The notes beneath the pieces are model-generated. The model ran no database searches. It had not been told where the DNA came from and saw only the letters and a program-made list of their open reading frames with translations. The translations under genes and the position numbers were made by a program. Source: Longimicrobiales bacterium (lineage in GTDB: Bacteria; Gemmatimonadota; Gemmatimonadetes; Longimicrobiales; Gaopeijiaceae). Taken from it: a stretch of DNA of 64,000 nucleotides. Below, piece by piece: positions 50,313 through 60,324 of this stretch; positions within the stretch are counted from its first letter, which is position 1; every line of letters starts with the position of its first letter. Where the stretch lies: positions 2,176,001-2,240,000 of the forward strand of contig OZ241892.1 of NCBI GenBank assembly GCA_965203485.1, in the 5' to 3' direction.

Positions 50313-52633
50313 GCCGACACGACCCGCCCCACGAAGGCCCGCACGGGATCGTGGCTCTTGAGCACCACGACGGTGCCCCGCGTCTCCTTGGCGATGCGCT
50401 CGGGCAAGGTCCCGAAGAGAATGCGGCTGGAGAAGCTCTCGCCGGAGGCGCCGACCACGACGCCGTCGAACTCGCGCGCGGCGTATTGGACGGACTCGGC
50501 GACGCCGCCTTGCATCACCGTCGTCTCCACCGCCGCGCTTTCGGGCAACTCCGCTCGCTCCTCCCGCAAGCGCGCCCGCTCTTCCTCCAAGCGTGCCGGC
50601 GCCGCCCCCGCGGGCACGACCGCCGCCAGCGTCAGCCGTCCGCCGTCGGCCGTCAGGTTCACGGCGTAGTCCTTGGCCTTGCGGGCATGCGCGCCGCCTG
50701 CCGTCGGCAACAGAATCCGGCGCGGGGCGGCCAGCTCGCGCCCGAACTTGACCAGCATGATGTCGCACCGGCCCAGGCGAACCACCTCGTCCGTCACTTC
50801 GCCCAGGATTCGCCGCGCCGTCGAGGTGTAGCCCTTCCAACCCAGCAGGATCAGGTCGGCCTTGAGCTGCCGCGCCGACTCCAAAATGGCCCGCCCGACA
50901 TTGCGCCCGGCCCGGATCTCCACCGACACGGGCACGTCCGCTGCGGCCGCCGCCTCGTCCAGGCCGTCCAAGCCCGTGCTCTCCCGCTCCACCAGCTCGC
51001 GCGCCAGCGACGGCGGCAGCTGCTCCGGCACCTGCACCACCCGCAACGCCGTGACCTCCCCGCCCCGCGCACGCGCGATGGACGCGGCCATCTCCACGAG
51101 CGGCGCGGCGGTGGCGGGATTGTAGACCGGCAACAAGATCCGGAAGGCCGCCTCGGTGGGCGACGCGCGCAGTCCCACGACCTTGGACTCGGCTGCCGGC
51201 GGCCCCGGCGCCTCGAAGCGAACGCCCTTCCACCCGGCGTACGCGAACAAGCCCGCCGCAAGCGCGAGAATGGCCAGCACGACCGGCAGGAAGTCCCCGC
51301 CGGCGGGGATCTGGAGCATCAAGTAGATGTTGGCGGCGATGCCCAGGGCGGGCAGGAGGGGCACCAGCGGCACGCGGAACGGCCGTGGCATGTCGGGATA
51401 GCGGCGGCGGTGGACGATCAGTGCCAGGTTGACCATCGAGAGCGCCAGCAACAGCACCAAGTTGGCGAACTGGGCCAAGTCCTCCAGCGGCAGCGCCAAG
51501 GCGAACACGCCGATCGAGCCCGCCACGGCGGCCAGCGCGGCCACCGGCGTCTTCGTGCGGTCGCTCACGAAGCCCACCAGCCGGGGAAGATGGCCCAGTC
51601 GGCTCATCGCGAGCGCCACCCGCGACCCCGCCAGAATCGACGCGTTGGACGCCGAGATCATCGAGAAGAGCGCGCCGCCCACGATCACCGCCCCGCCGAC
51701 CGGCCCGAGGAACGCCCGGGCCGCGACGCCCATCGCCGCCTCCGTGTACTCCGTCAGGTCGGCCACCACGACCACGAGCACCACGGCGGCGTAGAGCACC
51801 GTCACCACGACCATCGAAATGAAGATGGCGCGGGGAATGGTGCGCGTGGGCTCGACGACCTCGCCCGCCGACGCCGCGATGGCGGAAAAGCCGAAGAACG
51901 TGATGAACACCAGCGCCGCCGTGGACGCGATGGCGGGCAGGTTGCGGCTGAACCGCTCGCCCAGCACCGACGCGTCGAAGCCGCCCAGCCCACCCGCGAT
52001 GAACCAGAGGAGCAACAGGATCTTGGCCGCCGTCACGACGATCTGGAACGTCCCGCTCTCCTTGGTTCCCTTGACGTTGAGCAGCGTGAGCGCGGCGAGG
52101 AAGACGAGGCCGGGGGCCGCCGCGACCGCCGCGTGCCAGATGAACTCGTTGAAGTAGGTGGACAGGCTGGCGATGTAGAACGCGCACGACGACGCGTAGC
52201 CCAGCAACAGGCACCAGCCGACCAGGTAGGCGACCAAGGACGGGAAGGTCTCGCGGGCGTACAGGTATCCCTCGCCCGAGCGCGGATAGATCGACGTGAA
52301 CTCGCAGTACGTCAGTGCCGTGAAGGCCGCCACCACCGCCGCCAGCAGGAAGGACACGATGGCCGCGCTGCCCACGTAGCCGACCGCCAGGCCGGACAGC
52401 GTGAAGATGCCGGCGGCGATCATGGTGCCGGTGCCGATCGCCAGCGCCGACACCAGCCCCAGATCGCGCGTCAGGCCGGCGCGAACCTCGGCGGGACCGC
52501 TCCCAGCGCCTGCGCCCCCTGGGCCGCCCACAGGTTCCGTACCGGTCAGTTCGAACTTGCGACCGCCCCGGGCAACAACGCGCGCACGGATTCCTGCACG
52601 TCCGGGGCCATCGGGTGAAACTGGCCCGCCCAC
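50309..52633 (-). CDS. APC amino-acid permease fused to two universal stress protein domains (start likely near 52500-52550)
   Basis: GTMIAAGIF, GEGYLY, FFGFSAIAASAGEV; C-terminal RILLPV...LILLGW and RILLPT...VVVGA. Confidence 0.88.
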   Translation of the reverse strand: MGGPVSPDGPGRAGIRARVVARGGRKFELTGTEPVGGPGGAGAGSGPAEVRAGLTRDLGLVSALAIGTGTMIAAGIFTLSGLAVGYVGSAAIVSFLLAAVVAAFTALTYCEFTSIYPRSGEGYLYARETFPSLVAYLVGWCLLLGYASSCAFYIASLSTYFNEFIWHAAVAAAPGLVFLAALTLLNVKGTKESGTFQIVVTAAKILLLLWFIAGGLGGFDASVLGERFSRNLPAIASTAALVFITFFGFSAIAASAGEVVEPTRTIPRAIFISMVVVTVLYAAVVLVVVVADLTEYTEAAMGVAARAFLGPVGGAVIVGGALFSMISASNASILAGSRVALAMSRLGHLPRLVGFVSDRTKTPVAALAAVAGSIGVFALALPLEDLAQFANLVLLLALSMVNLALIVHRRRYPDMPRPFRVPLVPLLPALGIAANIYLMLQIPAGGDFLPVVLAILALAAGLFAYAGWKGVRFEAPGPPAAESKVVGLRASPTEAAFRILLPVYNPATAAPLVEMAASIARARGGEVTALRVVQVPEQLPPSLARELVERESTGLDGLDEAAAAADVPVSVEIRAGRNVGRAILESARQLKADLILLGWKGYTSTARRILGEVTDEVVRLGRCDIMLVKFGRELAAPRRILLPTAGGAHARKAKDYAVNLTADGGRLTLAAVVPAGAAPARLEEERARLREERAELPESAAVETTVMQGGVAESVQYAAREFDGVVVGASGESFSSRILFGTLPERIAKETRGTVVVLKSHDPVRAFVGRVVSA

Positions 52634-53064
52634 GTGCGCACGACGACGCCCTCGGCGTCCACAAGGAAGCTCCCGGGCAAGCCGAGAAGCCCGTATTCGT
52701 CCATGATCCGAGACGACGGATCGTGATAGACGGGGAAGGTGACGCCGACTTCGCCGAGGAAGGACTTGATGAGGTCCCCCGCGCCGCGGGTGTCCACGCT
52801 GACTCCCACCACCCTAAACCCGGCATCGGCGTAAGCGTCGTGGAGCTGCTGCAGCTCGGGCATCTCCTGGCGGCAGGGCGCGCACCAAGTCGCCCAGATG
52901 TTGAGCAGGTAGGGAGCGCCCCGAAGTTCCGCCGAACCAACCTCGGCGCCGTCCAAGGCCACCGCCGAGAACGGCGGCGCCGGATCGCCCGCCGTCACCG
53001 GCCCAGGGAGGTCCGGCACGCAACCCGCAATCGCGGCCAAGGCCACGGCCAGTGTCTTTCTCAT
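52546..53064 (-). CDS. TlpA/ResA-like thiol-disulfide oxidoreductase lipoprotein
   Basis: IAGC lipobox; LNIWATWCAPCRQEMP. Confidence 0.9.
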   Translation of the reverse strand: MRKTLAVALAAIAGCVPDLPGPVTAGDPAPPFSAVALDGAEVGSAELRGAPYLLNIWATWCAPCRQEMPELQQLHDAYADAGFRVVGVSVDTRGAGDLIKSFLGEVGVTFPVYHDPSSRIMDEYGLLGLPGSFLVDAEGVVVRTWAGQFHPMAPDVQESVRALLPGAVASSN

Positions 53065-53284
53065 CGCCGATTGCCGTCCTTGCTGGTCGTGGTTGGCGAG
53101 CAGGAGCGCGCCGGGGTCGCACGCATCCCATCGCGCTGCTCCCCGGCACATCCGGCGGACTCTTGTTGGATCAAGCTACCCACGCCGCACGGCGCAGCCA
53201 AATTGCAAACGGCAACCGCCGACGGCGGCGGACGAATCGAGCCCTCGCGCGGGACGGCACGCAAGACGGGTCCGCGCCGCTCCC

Positions 53285-53310
53285 GGAACTCCGGCACCCG
53301 ATTCGCCGTA
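53285..53310 (+). promoter_or_regulatory. ECF-sigma-like promoter GGAAC-N17-CGTA
   Basis: About 90 nt upstream of the M50 peptidase ATG. Confidence 0.5.
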
Positions 53311-53397
53311 GTTTGGAAGGCGTCGGCGGCAACCACTTGCCGCGCGCCGGCGCCGAACACCCCTGCCCGCAACGCTCGCCGAGAACGGACTTCGACG

Positions 53398-54075
53398 ATG
53401 CCCAGCCCAGAAACCAAGAGCAAGCTACGCTTCTTCGCCGGCTTTGCCGTCTACTTCGCCGTCCTGCTGTGGCTTTGGGACACGCCGGTCCTGTATCCGC
53501 TCAAGATCTTCGTGGTGATGCTTCACGAGATCAGCCACGGCGCAGTGGCGGTCGCTACCGGCGGGACGATCGAGCATATCCAGCTCGACCCCAGGCAGGG
53601 CGGCGCCTGCTACTGCCCCGGCGGCAACGCGTTCCTGACGCTCTCGGCCGGCTACCTGGGCAGTCTGGCATGGGGCCTGTTCCTCTTGGCGGCCGCGGGC
53701 GCCAGGCACTTCCCGCCCCCCAGCGTGGTCTTGGCGGCGGCGGGCGCCGCCGTCGTCGTGCTGACCCTGTTCTACGTCGACGGATCGTTCGGCGTCGCCT
53801 TCGGCTTGGCGTTCGGGGCCGCGCTCATGCTGGCCGCCTGGATGCTGGGCCCCCGGACTCAGAGGCCGATTCTGATGACGCTCGGGCTGACGAGCTGCGT
53901 CTACGCCATCCTCGACATCAAGAGCGATGTCCTGGACCGACCCGAACTACGCTCCGACGCTCGGATGCTGGCCGAGTACACCGGCATCTCGACAGTCACC
54001 TGGGGCGTCCTGTGGATCACCGTCGCCGCCTTGGTGAGCTTCCTCGCGCTCCGGCGGGCGTACCAACGCGCCTAG
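53398..54075 (+). CDS. Peptidase M50B-like membrane metalloprotease
   Basis: VMLHEISHG, AGYLGS, SDARML. Confidence 0.88.
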   Translation: MPSPETKSKLRFFAGFAVYFAVLLWLWDTPVLYPLKIFVVMLHEISHGAVAVATGGTIEHIQLDPRQGGACYCPGGNAFLTLSAGYLGSLAWGLFLLAAAGARHFPPPSVVLAAAGAAVVVLTLFYVDGSFGVAFGLAFGAALMLAAWMLGPRTQRPILMTLGLTSCVYAILDIKSDVLDRPELRSDARMLAEYTGISTVTWGVLWITVAALVSFLALRRAYQRA

Positions 54076-54283
54076 CGATCGCAAGGCGGGGCGTTCGACG
54101 GTCGCTTTGCGGATTCGTCACCGAACTCGGCGGCGTACCAACGCGCGTACGCCGCCCCGGACAAGCGCCGCATCCGGCCGTCGGCCGTTCCACGCGGACC
54201 GACTGCCGAGCCGGCGGGTTGGCGGAATCGGTCTCGCGCACCTATCTTTCCCGTGTCGGCCGTCGCGACGGTCGGCGACGGCA

Positions 54284-54309
54284 GGAACTTCGCCCGATGT
54301 CCACCCGAA
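54284..54309 (+). promoter_or_regulatory. ECF-sigma-like promoter GGAAC-N17-CGAA
   Basis: Immediately upstream of AAGGAGGTGATC. Confidence 0.4.
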
Positions 54310-54325
54310 CCAAGGAGGTGATCAC

Positions 54326-54388
54326 TTGTCCAGTCAAAGTACCCAGCGCAACCCGGCACGGGCATGCGATCGCCGCTTCGGCGTCTGA
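54326..54388 (+). CDS. Candidate 20-aa small ORF (MSSQSTQRNPARACDRRFGV) or sRNA
   Basis: TTG preceded by AAGGAGGTGATC (54312-54323); strong hairpin downstream. Confidence 0.35.
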   Translation: MSSQSTQRNPARACDRRFGV

Positions 54389-54451
54389 AGCCGAACAACG
54401 ATCGACCACTCGCGCCGTAGGCGGCCTTTCGCGCCGGGTTGCGGCTGGTCC

Positions 54452-54503
54452 AGCGCCCCCGGCGGCTCGCCAATAGTGGGAGCCGCCGGGGGCGCTATTT
54501 GTT
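54452..54503 (+). terminator. Intrinsic terminator-like hairpin
   Basis: 17-bp perfect stem AGCGCCCCCGGCGGCTC/GAGCCGCCGGGGGCGCT followed by ATTTGTT; lies between convergent units. Confidence 0.7.
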
Positions 54504-54630
54504 CGGCGGGGCTCCGGCCCAGCTCCGCGGCGCCACCTCGGCGTAGATCGGATTCGCGATACGCACGGCCAGATCGGGGACGACCAGCCCGAAATTCCTT
54601 GTCCCAGCCGACCAAGGGAGCAGTTGCGTG

Positions 54631-55125
54631 CTAGTCGCCTGCCTCCGTTCCCGCACTCACCCGCTGGGGCAACGTCGAGAGCGCCGTCACCTTGAAGCGC
54701 CGCTCGCCGGCGGGTAGCCGCACGGTCACCTCCTCGCCTTCGCGCGCCCCCATGAGTCCCCTGCCGATGGGCGACGCCATCGAGATGTGGCCTGCCTCCA
54801 GGTCCATGTAGTCGCCCGCCACGATCGTGTAGCTCGCGACCTTCTTCCGGGTCAGGTCGCGGATCGTGACTTCGGAGCCGAAGCCGACCCGGTCCACCGG
54901 CATTTCGTCCACGTTGATCCTGGACAGATCGGCCAGCCTCCGGCCCAAGTGCCCCAGCCGCGCCTGGACGAACTGCTGCCTCTCCAGCGCCGACTTGTAC
55001 TCCGCGTTCTCCCGAAGGTCCCCAAGCTCGACCGCCTTCTCGATGCGATCCGGCAACTCCACGTTCAGCTCGCGGGTCAACGCCTCGATCTCGTCGGCGA
55101 TCTTGGCCTTGATCTCTTCAAGCAT
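54631..55125 (-). CDS. greA: Transcription elongation factor GreA/GreB family
   Basis: ELGDLRENAEY, VGFGSEV, ISMASPIGRGLMG. Confidence 0.9.
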   Translation of the reverse strand: MLEEIKAKIADEIEALTRELNVELPDRIEKAVELGDLRENAEYKSALERQQFVQARLGHLGRRLADLSRINVDEMPVDRVGFGSEVTIRDLTRKKVASYTIVAGDYMDLEAGHISMASPIGRGLMGAREGEEVTVRLPAGERRFKVTALSTLPQRVSAGTEAGD

Positions 55126-55184
55126 GGGCAGACCTCCCCGGCAAGCCCTTCCGTCACGCGTTGACGGCGCCGACCAACGGATCG

Positions 55185-55380
55185 TCCCCCATGCTCGGGC
55201 ACGACCGCGCCGGTTTCGTGTTCTTCCAGCAACAATCCTTGCTGCAACTTCAGGCTCCGGTCAAGGGGCAGGCACCGGTACAACCACCCGTTCATGGTCG
55301 GCGGCCCCGTATCGCGGGATGGCTCCACGCCTCGTCCCCATCGGCGCTGACTGCGTCCTGGACGCATCAGCGGAGCCATC
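55185..55380. ncRNA. Candidate structured RNA upstream of greA
   Basis: Nested complementary segments plus a GATGGCTCC/GGAGCCATC-closed junction; no family recognised. Confidence 0.25.
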
Positions 55381-55613
55381 GGGCTTGAACTCCACGCCGT
55401 AGCAGGTTAGACATTCCCATGGCGTTGGCGTTCCGGTTGCGCCTCCGCGAAGGTGAGGGCCACCATGTGTCCGGCCCTCGCTCCACGCCCTGTCCGCGCT
55501 TGTCTCTTGAAGAGGATCGATGGCCCATGGCACTGTCGCGCAGGATCGTTCCGTTGGCGAGTCGAGGCGGTCGGTGCGCCGCACCCAGTGCACGTGACCA
55601 CCGTGGCGTTCCC

Positions 55614-56369
55614 ATGTTCCTGCTCCGCTTGCGGAAGGCCGTTCTTCCCACAGGTTGCCTCGCGAGCATTGGGCTCTTCAGCTACCAGTCGGCGTCGGCA
55701 CAGTCGGCGCAAGAGCCCACCGACCGTTCTTGGACCGTGGCGGCCTGGGTGCTGGGAGCCTATCAGCTCTCGGGCGGGCGATTGGCGACCGCGCCGTCGA
55801 ACATCGTGCAACTCCCGCTGGCCAATTCCGTAGCTGATCTGGAGAGTTCCCCTTTGGTGGGCGCCGGGCTCGACCTAGACTTCCCGGAACGCCGCGTCGG
55901 GTTGCGGCTCGCCTTCGAAGCCACGATCGGAGCGGAAGCGAGAAGCCAGATCGGCGTCTGCGAAGTCGTCCAGGGCGCCATCTGCGAACCCGAAATCGTG
56001 TCGGCGAGCGTGCGCGGCATCACGGCGCAGTTGCGGGCCTACCGTGGCAACCCCGACTGGCCCGTCGAGCCGATTCTCGGGGGTGGCGTCGGGTTGAAGC
56101 TCTATTCCTTTGGACTCCCAGATTGCACCGCTCGCGCAATCGGCCCACCACGAGCCGTCTGCGGGTTGAACTCGGACTTTTTCCGTGGAAACAGCCGTCA
56201 CGTGGTGTTTCGCGTCTTGGTCGGAGCCCGCACGACCCGGGGACGCATGGCGTCGGAATTGACGCTGGGCGGTGGCATCGGCAAGTATGGTGGAGGCACG
56301 CAGAGGGTAAACGGCAACTGGCACACCGACCTTCGCATTGCTCTCTCGGCAAGCATTCGGGTCCTCTAG
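55614..56369 (+). CDS. Secreted hypothetical protein, probable outer-membrane beta-barrel
   Basis: Signal peptide ending ASAQ; alternating hydrophobic strands; C-terminal LRIALSASIRVL; two Cys pairs. Confidence 0.6.
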   Translation: MFLLRLRKAVLPTGCLASIGLFSYQSASAQSAQEPTDRSWTVAAWVLGAYQLSGGRLATAPSNIVQLPLANSVADLESSPLVGAGLDLDFPERRVGLRLAFEATIGAEARSQIGVCEVVQGAICEPEIVSASVRGITAQLRAYRGNPDWPVEPILGGGVGLKLYSFGLPDCTARAIGPPRAVCGLNSDFFRGNSRHVVFRVLVGARTTRGRMASELTLGGGIGKYGGGTQRVNGNWHTDLRIALSASIRVL

Positions 56370-56379
56370 CGCCCCGAAC

Positions 56380-58395
56380 ATGCACACGTTCGGCGCTCCT
56401 TCCTTCGCTTTTCTAGCGGTGCTGTGCCTCCCGCCGGCGCCTTGGTCTTCGGCAACATCGGTCGTGACGTGCGACGCCTGCGACGAGACCCGCTTCGCCG
56501 GGATGCTTACCGATTTCGCAATGTCGTCCGAGCGATCGGTTGACGACGCGACTTCGCCGCATGGCGCACGATCTTCGCAGAATCAGGACGCATTTGCACG
56601 CGGCCGCGCGTTGCTTGACCAAGATCAGATAACAGACGCTCTCGATCTGTGGATCACGCTTCGAGACAGTTTGACAACGGCCGGCAATCCGGACCCTCGC
56701 ATCGGCACGACGTTCATCGCTACGGTCGCCGAACACAAGCTCGACTTATACGAAGAAGTGGCTGCCCTCATGTTCTATTGGGGCTTCTCTGTCGTGAACC
56801 CCGACGAGGTTGCCAAACGGGAAATATTGGCCGAGGGACGCCGCACGTTCGCCCTGGTAGATTCCGCCAGAGCCCACGCTTGGCAGGCGGCGGGCGGAAT
56901 GAACCCGGTGTCGCTGGCACGCGCCGTCAAGCAGTTCTGGATTGAGCGAGATCCCACTCCCGGCACGCTGGAGAACGAACGGCTTGCCGAACACTGGGCC
57001 CGCGTCGCACACGCCCGGGCCAACTACGCCTACAATCGCAACTCCGCGTTCGGAACGGACGATCGCGGTGTGATGTACGTCAAGTACGGAAGCCCGGCCC
57101 AAGTGACGTCGGGGCACTTGAAGATCAACAGTGCAGAAGCGCGCTGGCGAGGGATATCCAGAGACGATTTGTTCCGCTGGGACGTCGATCCCCAGTACGA
57201 AATATGGAGGTACAACAGTCTCGGCGAGCGCGATTTTACATATTTTATGTTCGGAAACGAGGAGGGAACGGGTCCGTTTAGATTCGTGACCGGCCCTCAC
57301 GAGATACTGCCCAGGAGCGCCCGGTCGGGTCCCGGTTCCCGTCTCAGCACGGGCCTTCGTGCCCAATACTATCTAGAGTTCTTATACTATGTTGAGCTGG
57401 CACGCGCTGGGGGTCCGTTCGGAGACCGCCTTGGCCAGCTCGAAGCGCTCTGGTCGCAAATGGGACGTGCGCCCAACGAGGGCTATCTCGAAGCCATGTC
57501 TCTAGCTCACATCGATAACGACATGGCTCGCGCCGCCCAACCCCGGCCGCCGTCTTGGTCGGCCATCGAAGAGACGCCGACGAGCGCTTTGTCAGCGCAG
57601 GCCGTCCGCGTGATCCGCGACGGACAGCCACGCATTCTCGTGCTGGCTGTGTCGTCACCACGTTGGACCCCTGAACTCGACGAAGGCGCACTGCCCGAAG
57701 AGATTGCTCTGGACGACTACACGCCCAACCACACCGTTGTCGTTCGCAACCAGCAACTGCACGAAATCACACGGGCGTCAATGTTGCCGTTGGACGATCA
57801 GGGTCAGTTTTCCCAACTGATGCTTCGCCACGATCCCCGCATAGGCCATCTTTCCGTGGCGGCCAGACACGACATGGCAAGCCGTGGCCTCGGACCCCGC
57901 GTGTTTCCCGGAAGCCGGCATTTTGTCCTCGGTGCGCCGTTGTCGTTGGGACTCGCTGGCTTCGACGTGAGCGACATCATCGTCGGCATCGCCTCACAGC
58001 CACAGTTTAGGCCCGACAACTCGCCGGTTCCGCTGTTGCCTGCAACACACTTCTGGAAGCAGGACCTGCTTCGCGTCTACTTCGAGGTCTATCGCCCCAT
58101 TGGAACGCCCGAGAGCCGCACGACAACCTACGATGTCCGCATTCGCGTGCTACCGACCACCGACGGTCAGGTTCGCGACGAAGCGCTTCCTCGCCCGCCT
58201 GTTCGCGACCAAGACCTAGGCCGCGTAGCGATCAGCGTAGCCCTGGAATCAGCAGGTCCTGCGGAAAAGCACTTCTTCGACTTGGACCTTCGCAACGAGG
58301 CCCATGGCACGTTGCGCCTCATCCTCGAAGTTACCGACCCCGCCACGAGCATCACGACGACCAGGGCTACCGTCATTCGCTTGCTCGAAATCTAG
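56380..58395 (+). CDS. GWxTD domain-containing protein
   Basis: FWIERDPTPGTLENERLAEHWARV, TDDRGVMYVKYGSP, YEIWRY. Confidence 0.8.
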   Translation: MHTFGAPSFAFLAVLCLPPAPWSSATSVVTCDACDETRFAGMLTDFAMSSERSVDDATSPHGARSSQNQDAFARGRALLDQDQITDALDLWITLRDSLTTAGNPDPRIGTTFIATVAEHKLDLYEEVAALMFYWGFSVVNPDEVAKREILAEGRRTFALVDSARAHAWQAAGGMNPVSLARAVKQFWIERDPTPGTLENERLAEHWARVAHARANYAYNRNSAFGTDDRGVMYVKYGSPAQVTSGHLKINSAEARWRGISRDDLFRWDVDPQYEIWRYNSLGERDFTYFMFGNEEGTGPFRFVTGPHEILPRSARSGPGSRLSTGLRAQYYLEFLYYVELARAGGPFGDRLGQLEALWSQMGRAPNEGYLEAMSLAHIDNDMARAAQPRPPSWSAIEETPTSALSAQAVRVIRDGQPRILVLAVSSPRWTPELDEGALPEEIALDDYTPNHTVVVRNQQLHEITRASMLPLDDQGQFSQLMLRHDPRIGHLSVAARHDMASRGLGPRVFPGSRHFVLGAPLSLGLAGFDVSDIIVGIASQPQFRPDNSPVPLLPATHFWKQDLLRVYFEVYRPIGTPESRTTTYDVRIRVLPTTDGQVRDEALPRPPVRDQDLGRVAISVALESAGPAEKHFFDLDLRNEAHGTLRLILEVTDPATSITTTRATVIRLLEI

Positions 58396-58437
58396 GCCGA
58401 CAGCGGAAGGACGCTCGGCGTCTCCCTCAGCACGCCG

Positions 58438-58539
58438 CGCTGGTGGCGCAGCACGTACAGGCCGTCGATTCGCCGCCTCGCGGGCGATGGCCGCCTCGTC
58501 GCGCGCATGCGAGCTCGGCGGCCAGCAACGGGTTCCTGT
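58438..58539 (-). mobile_element. Inverted chimeric fragment of IS1634 transposase
   Basis: Reverse complement matches about 59293-59312 (CAGGAACCCG.TGCTGGCCG) joined to about 59503-59581 (GCCATCGCCCGCGAGGCGGCG...GACGGCCTGTACGTG). Confidence 0.7.
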
Positions 58540-60158
58540 TACGTTCGTAACCATGTACGTCGAACGGGTGCCCAACCGCAACTCTCCGCCCGCCGTGCTG
58601 TTGCGTCGCTCCTACCGAGAAGGCGGCAAGGTGCGCAAGGAAACGCTGGCGAACCTGTCGAAGTGGCCGGACGAGCTGGTCGAGAGCTTTCGCGTCCTGC
58701 TCAAGGGCGGCGTCGCGTTGCCGTCGCTCGACGACGCGTTTCGCATCGTGCGCTCGCGCCCGCACGGCCACGTCGCCGCCGTCGTCGGCACGGCGCGCAA
58801 GCTGGGCTTCGATCGGCGGCTGGACCGCAGGCCGTCGAAGAGACGGCTCTCTGGCGCTGTGCGACGTGACCTCGACGTACTTCGAGGGTCGGCATTGTCC
58901 GCTGGCGCGGCGGGGGCATTCGCGCGACGGCAAGCGGGGCTCGTTGCAGATCATGTTCGCGTTGCTGTGCGCGGGCGACGGCTGTCCCGTGGCGGTCGAG
59001 GTGTTCGAGGGGAACACGGCGGGCCCGGGCACGCTGGGCGGCCCGCTGAAGACGCTGTGCGAGCGCTTCGGGCTGTCGAAGGTGGCGGTGGTGGGCGACC
59101 GGGGTCTGCTGACGAGCGCGCGCATCCGCGAGGAGGTGGAGCCTGCGGGCTGGACTGGATCACGGCGTTGCGGGCGCCGGAGATCAAGAAGCTGGCGGTC
59201 GAGGGCTGTCTTCAGCCGTCGTTGTTCGACGAGCGCGACTTGGCCGAGATCGAGGCGCCGGCGCTGTATCCGGGCGAGCGGCTGGTCGTGTGCAGGAACC
59301 CGCTGCTGGCCGCGCGAGCGCGCGCGCAAGCGCGCCGATCTCCTGGCGGCGACGGAGGCGAAGCTCGAGCAAGTGGCCGAGGCGGTGCGCCGCGAGCGGC
59401 GGCCGTTGCGGGGCGAAGCGCGGATCGCCGTGCGCGCCGACCGCGCGCTGCGCTCGCACAAGGTCGGCAAGCGCTTCGTCGTGCGCGTGACCGACGATGC
59501 GTTCTCGCATGCGCGCGCCGCCGCCGCCATCGCCCGCGAGGCGGCGCTCGACGGCCTGTACGTGCGTGCTGCGCACCAGCGTGGCGAAGCAGGATCTGAG
59601 CGGGGCGGACGCCGTGCGCGCCTAACAAGCGCCTGAGCCGAATCGAACGCGCGTTTCGCAGCTTCAAGACCGTCGACCTCAAGGTGCGGCCCGTCCACCA
59701 CCGGCTGGCCGGCCGCGTGCGCGCCCACGTCTTCCTGTGCATGCTCGCCTACTACGTCGAGTGGCACATGCGCCGCGCGCTCGCCCCGATGCTCTTCGAC
59801 GACCACGACCCGCAAGCCGCCGCCCGCGCACGGTCCTCTCCCGTCGCGCCCGCCCGAGCGTCGCCCGCCGCCCGCGCCAAGACGCACGGCCGCAAGCGCG
59901 CGCCCGACGGCCTGCCCGTCCACAGCTTCCGCACACTGCTCGCCGACCTGGCCACCCTCGCCCGCAACCGCGTCCAGCCCCACTGGCACCGCCCCGGCCG
60001 ACGTCCTCACGCAGTCCACACCCGTCCAGGAACGCGCCTTGCGCCTCCTCGGCGTCAAGCCCTGACCCCACGTACCCAGTAGTGTACGCCCTCTAAATCG
60101 CCTGTCTCCAAACCCAACAACCACTTTACAGCCTTCCGCCGTCCAGAACTTCCGTTTA
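58540..60158 (+). mobile_element. IS1634-family element, transposase pseudogene
   Basis: MYVERVPNRNSPPAVLLRRSYREGGKV, DVTSTYFEG, GHSRDGK, VGDRG, IERAFRSFK, RVRAHVFLCMLAYY spread over several frames with an internal deletion near 58845; end-like GAACTTCCGTTTAA near 60146-60159. Confidence 0.85.
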
Positions 60159-60324
60159 AATGACCGCATCGGACTATGGGACTTGCCGACGGCGCGTCAA
60201 GCTCACCGACGTGAAACGGTTGCCCGTACCGGATGTCGGCCCGGCCCTCCCGGTCGAACGCCTGCGTTCGCGGCGCCCGCCCGTTCCGCGGCCGCCCGCT
60301 TGTGGGTCGCGGTCATCCCAGAGC

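Noticed and set aside
54312..54323. 16S rRNA 3' end fragment on the minus strand
   Set aside because: Only the 12-nt anti-SD matches; the flanks do not resemble 16S helix 45.
55340..55375. Hammerhead ribozyme (CTGATG on the minus strand)
   Set aside because: Lacks the full CUGAUGA and a properly placed GAAA core; it is a simple hairpin.
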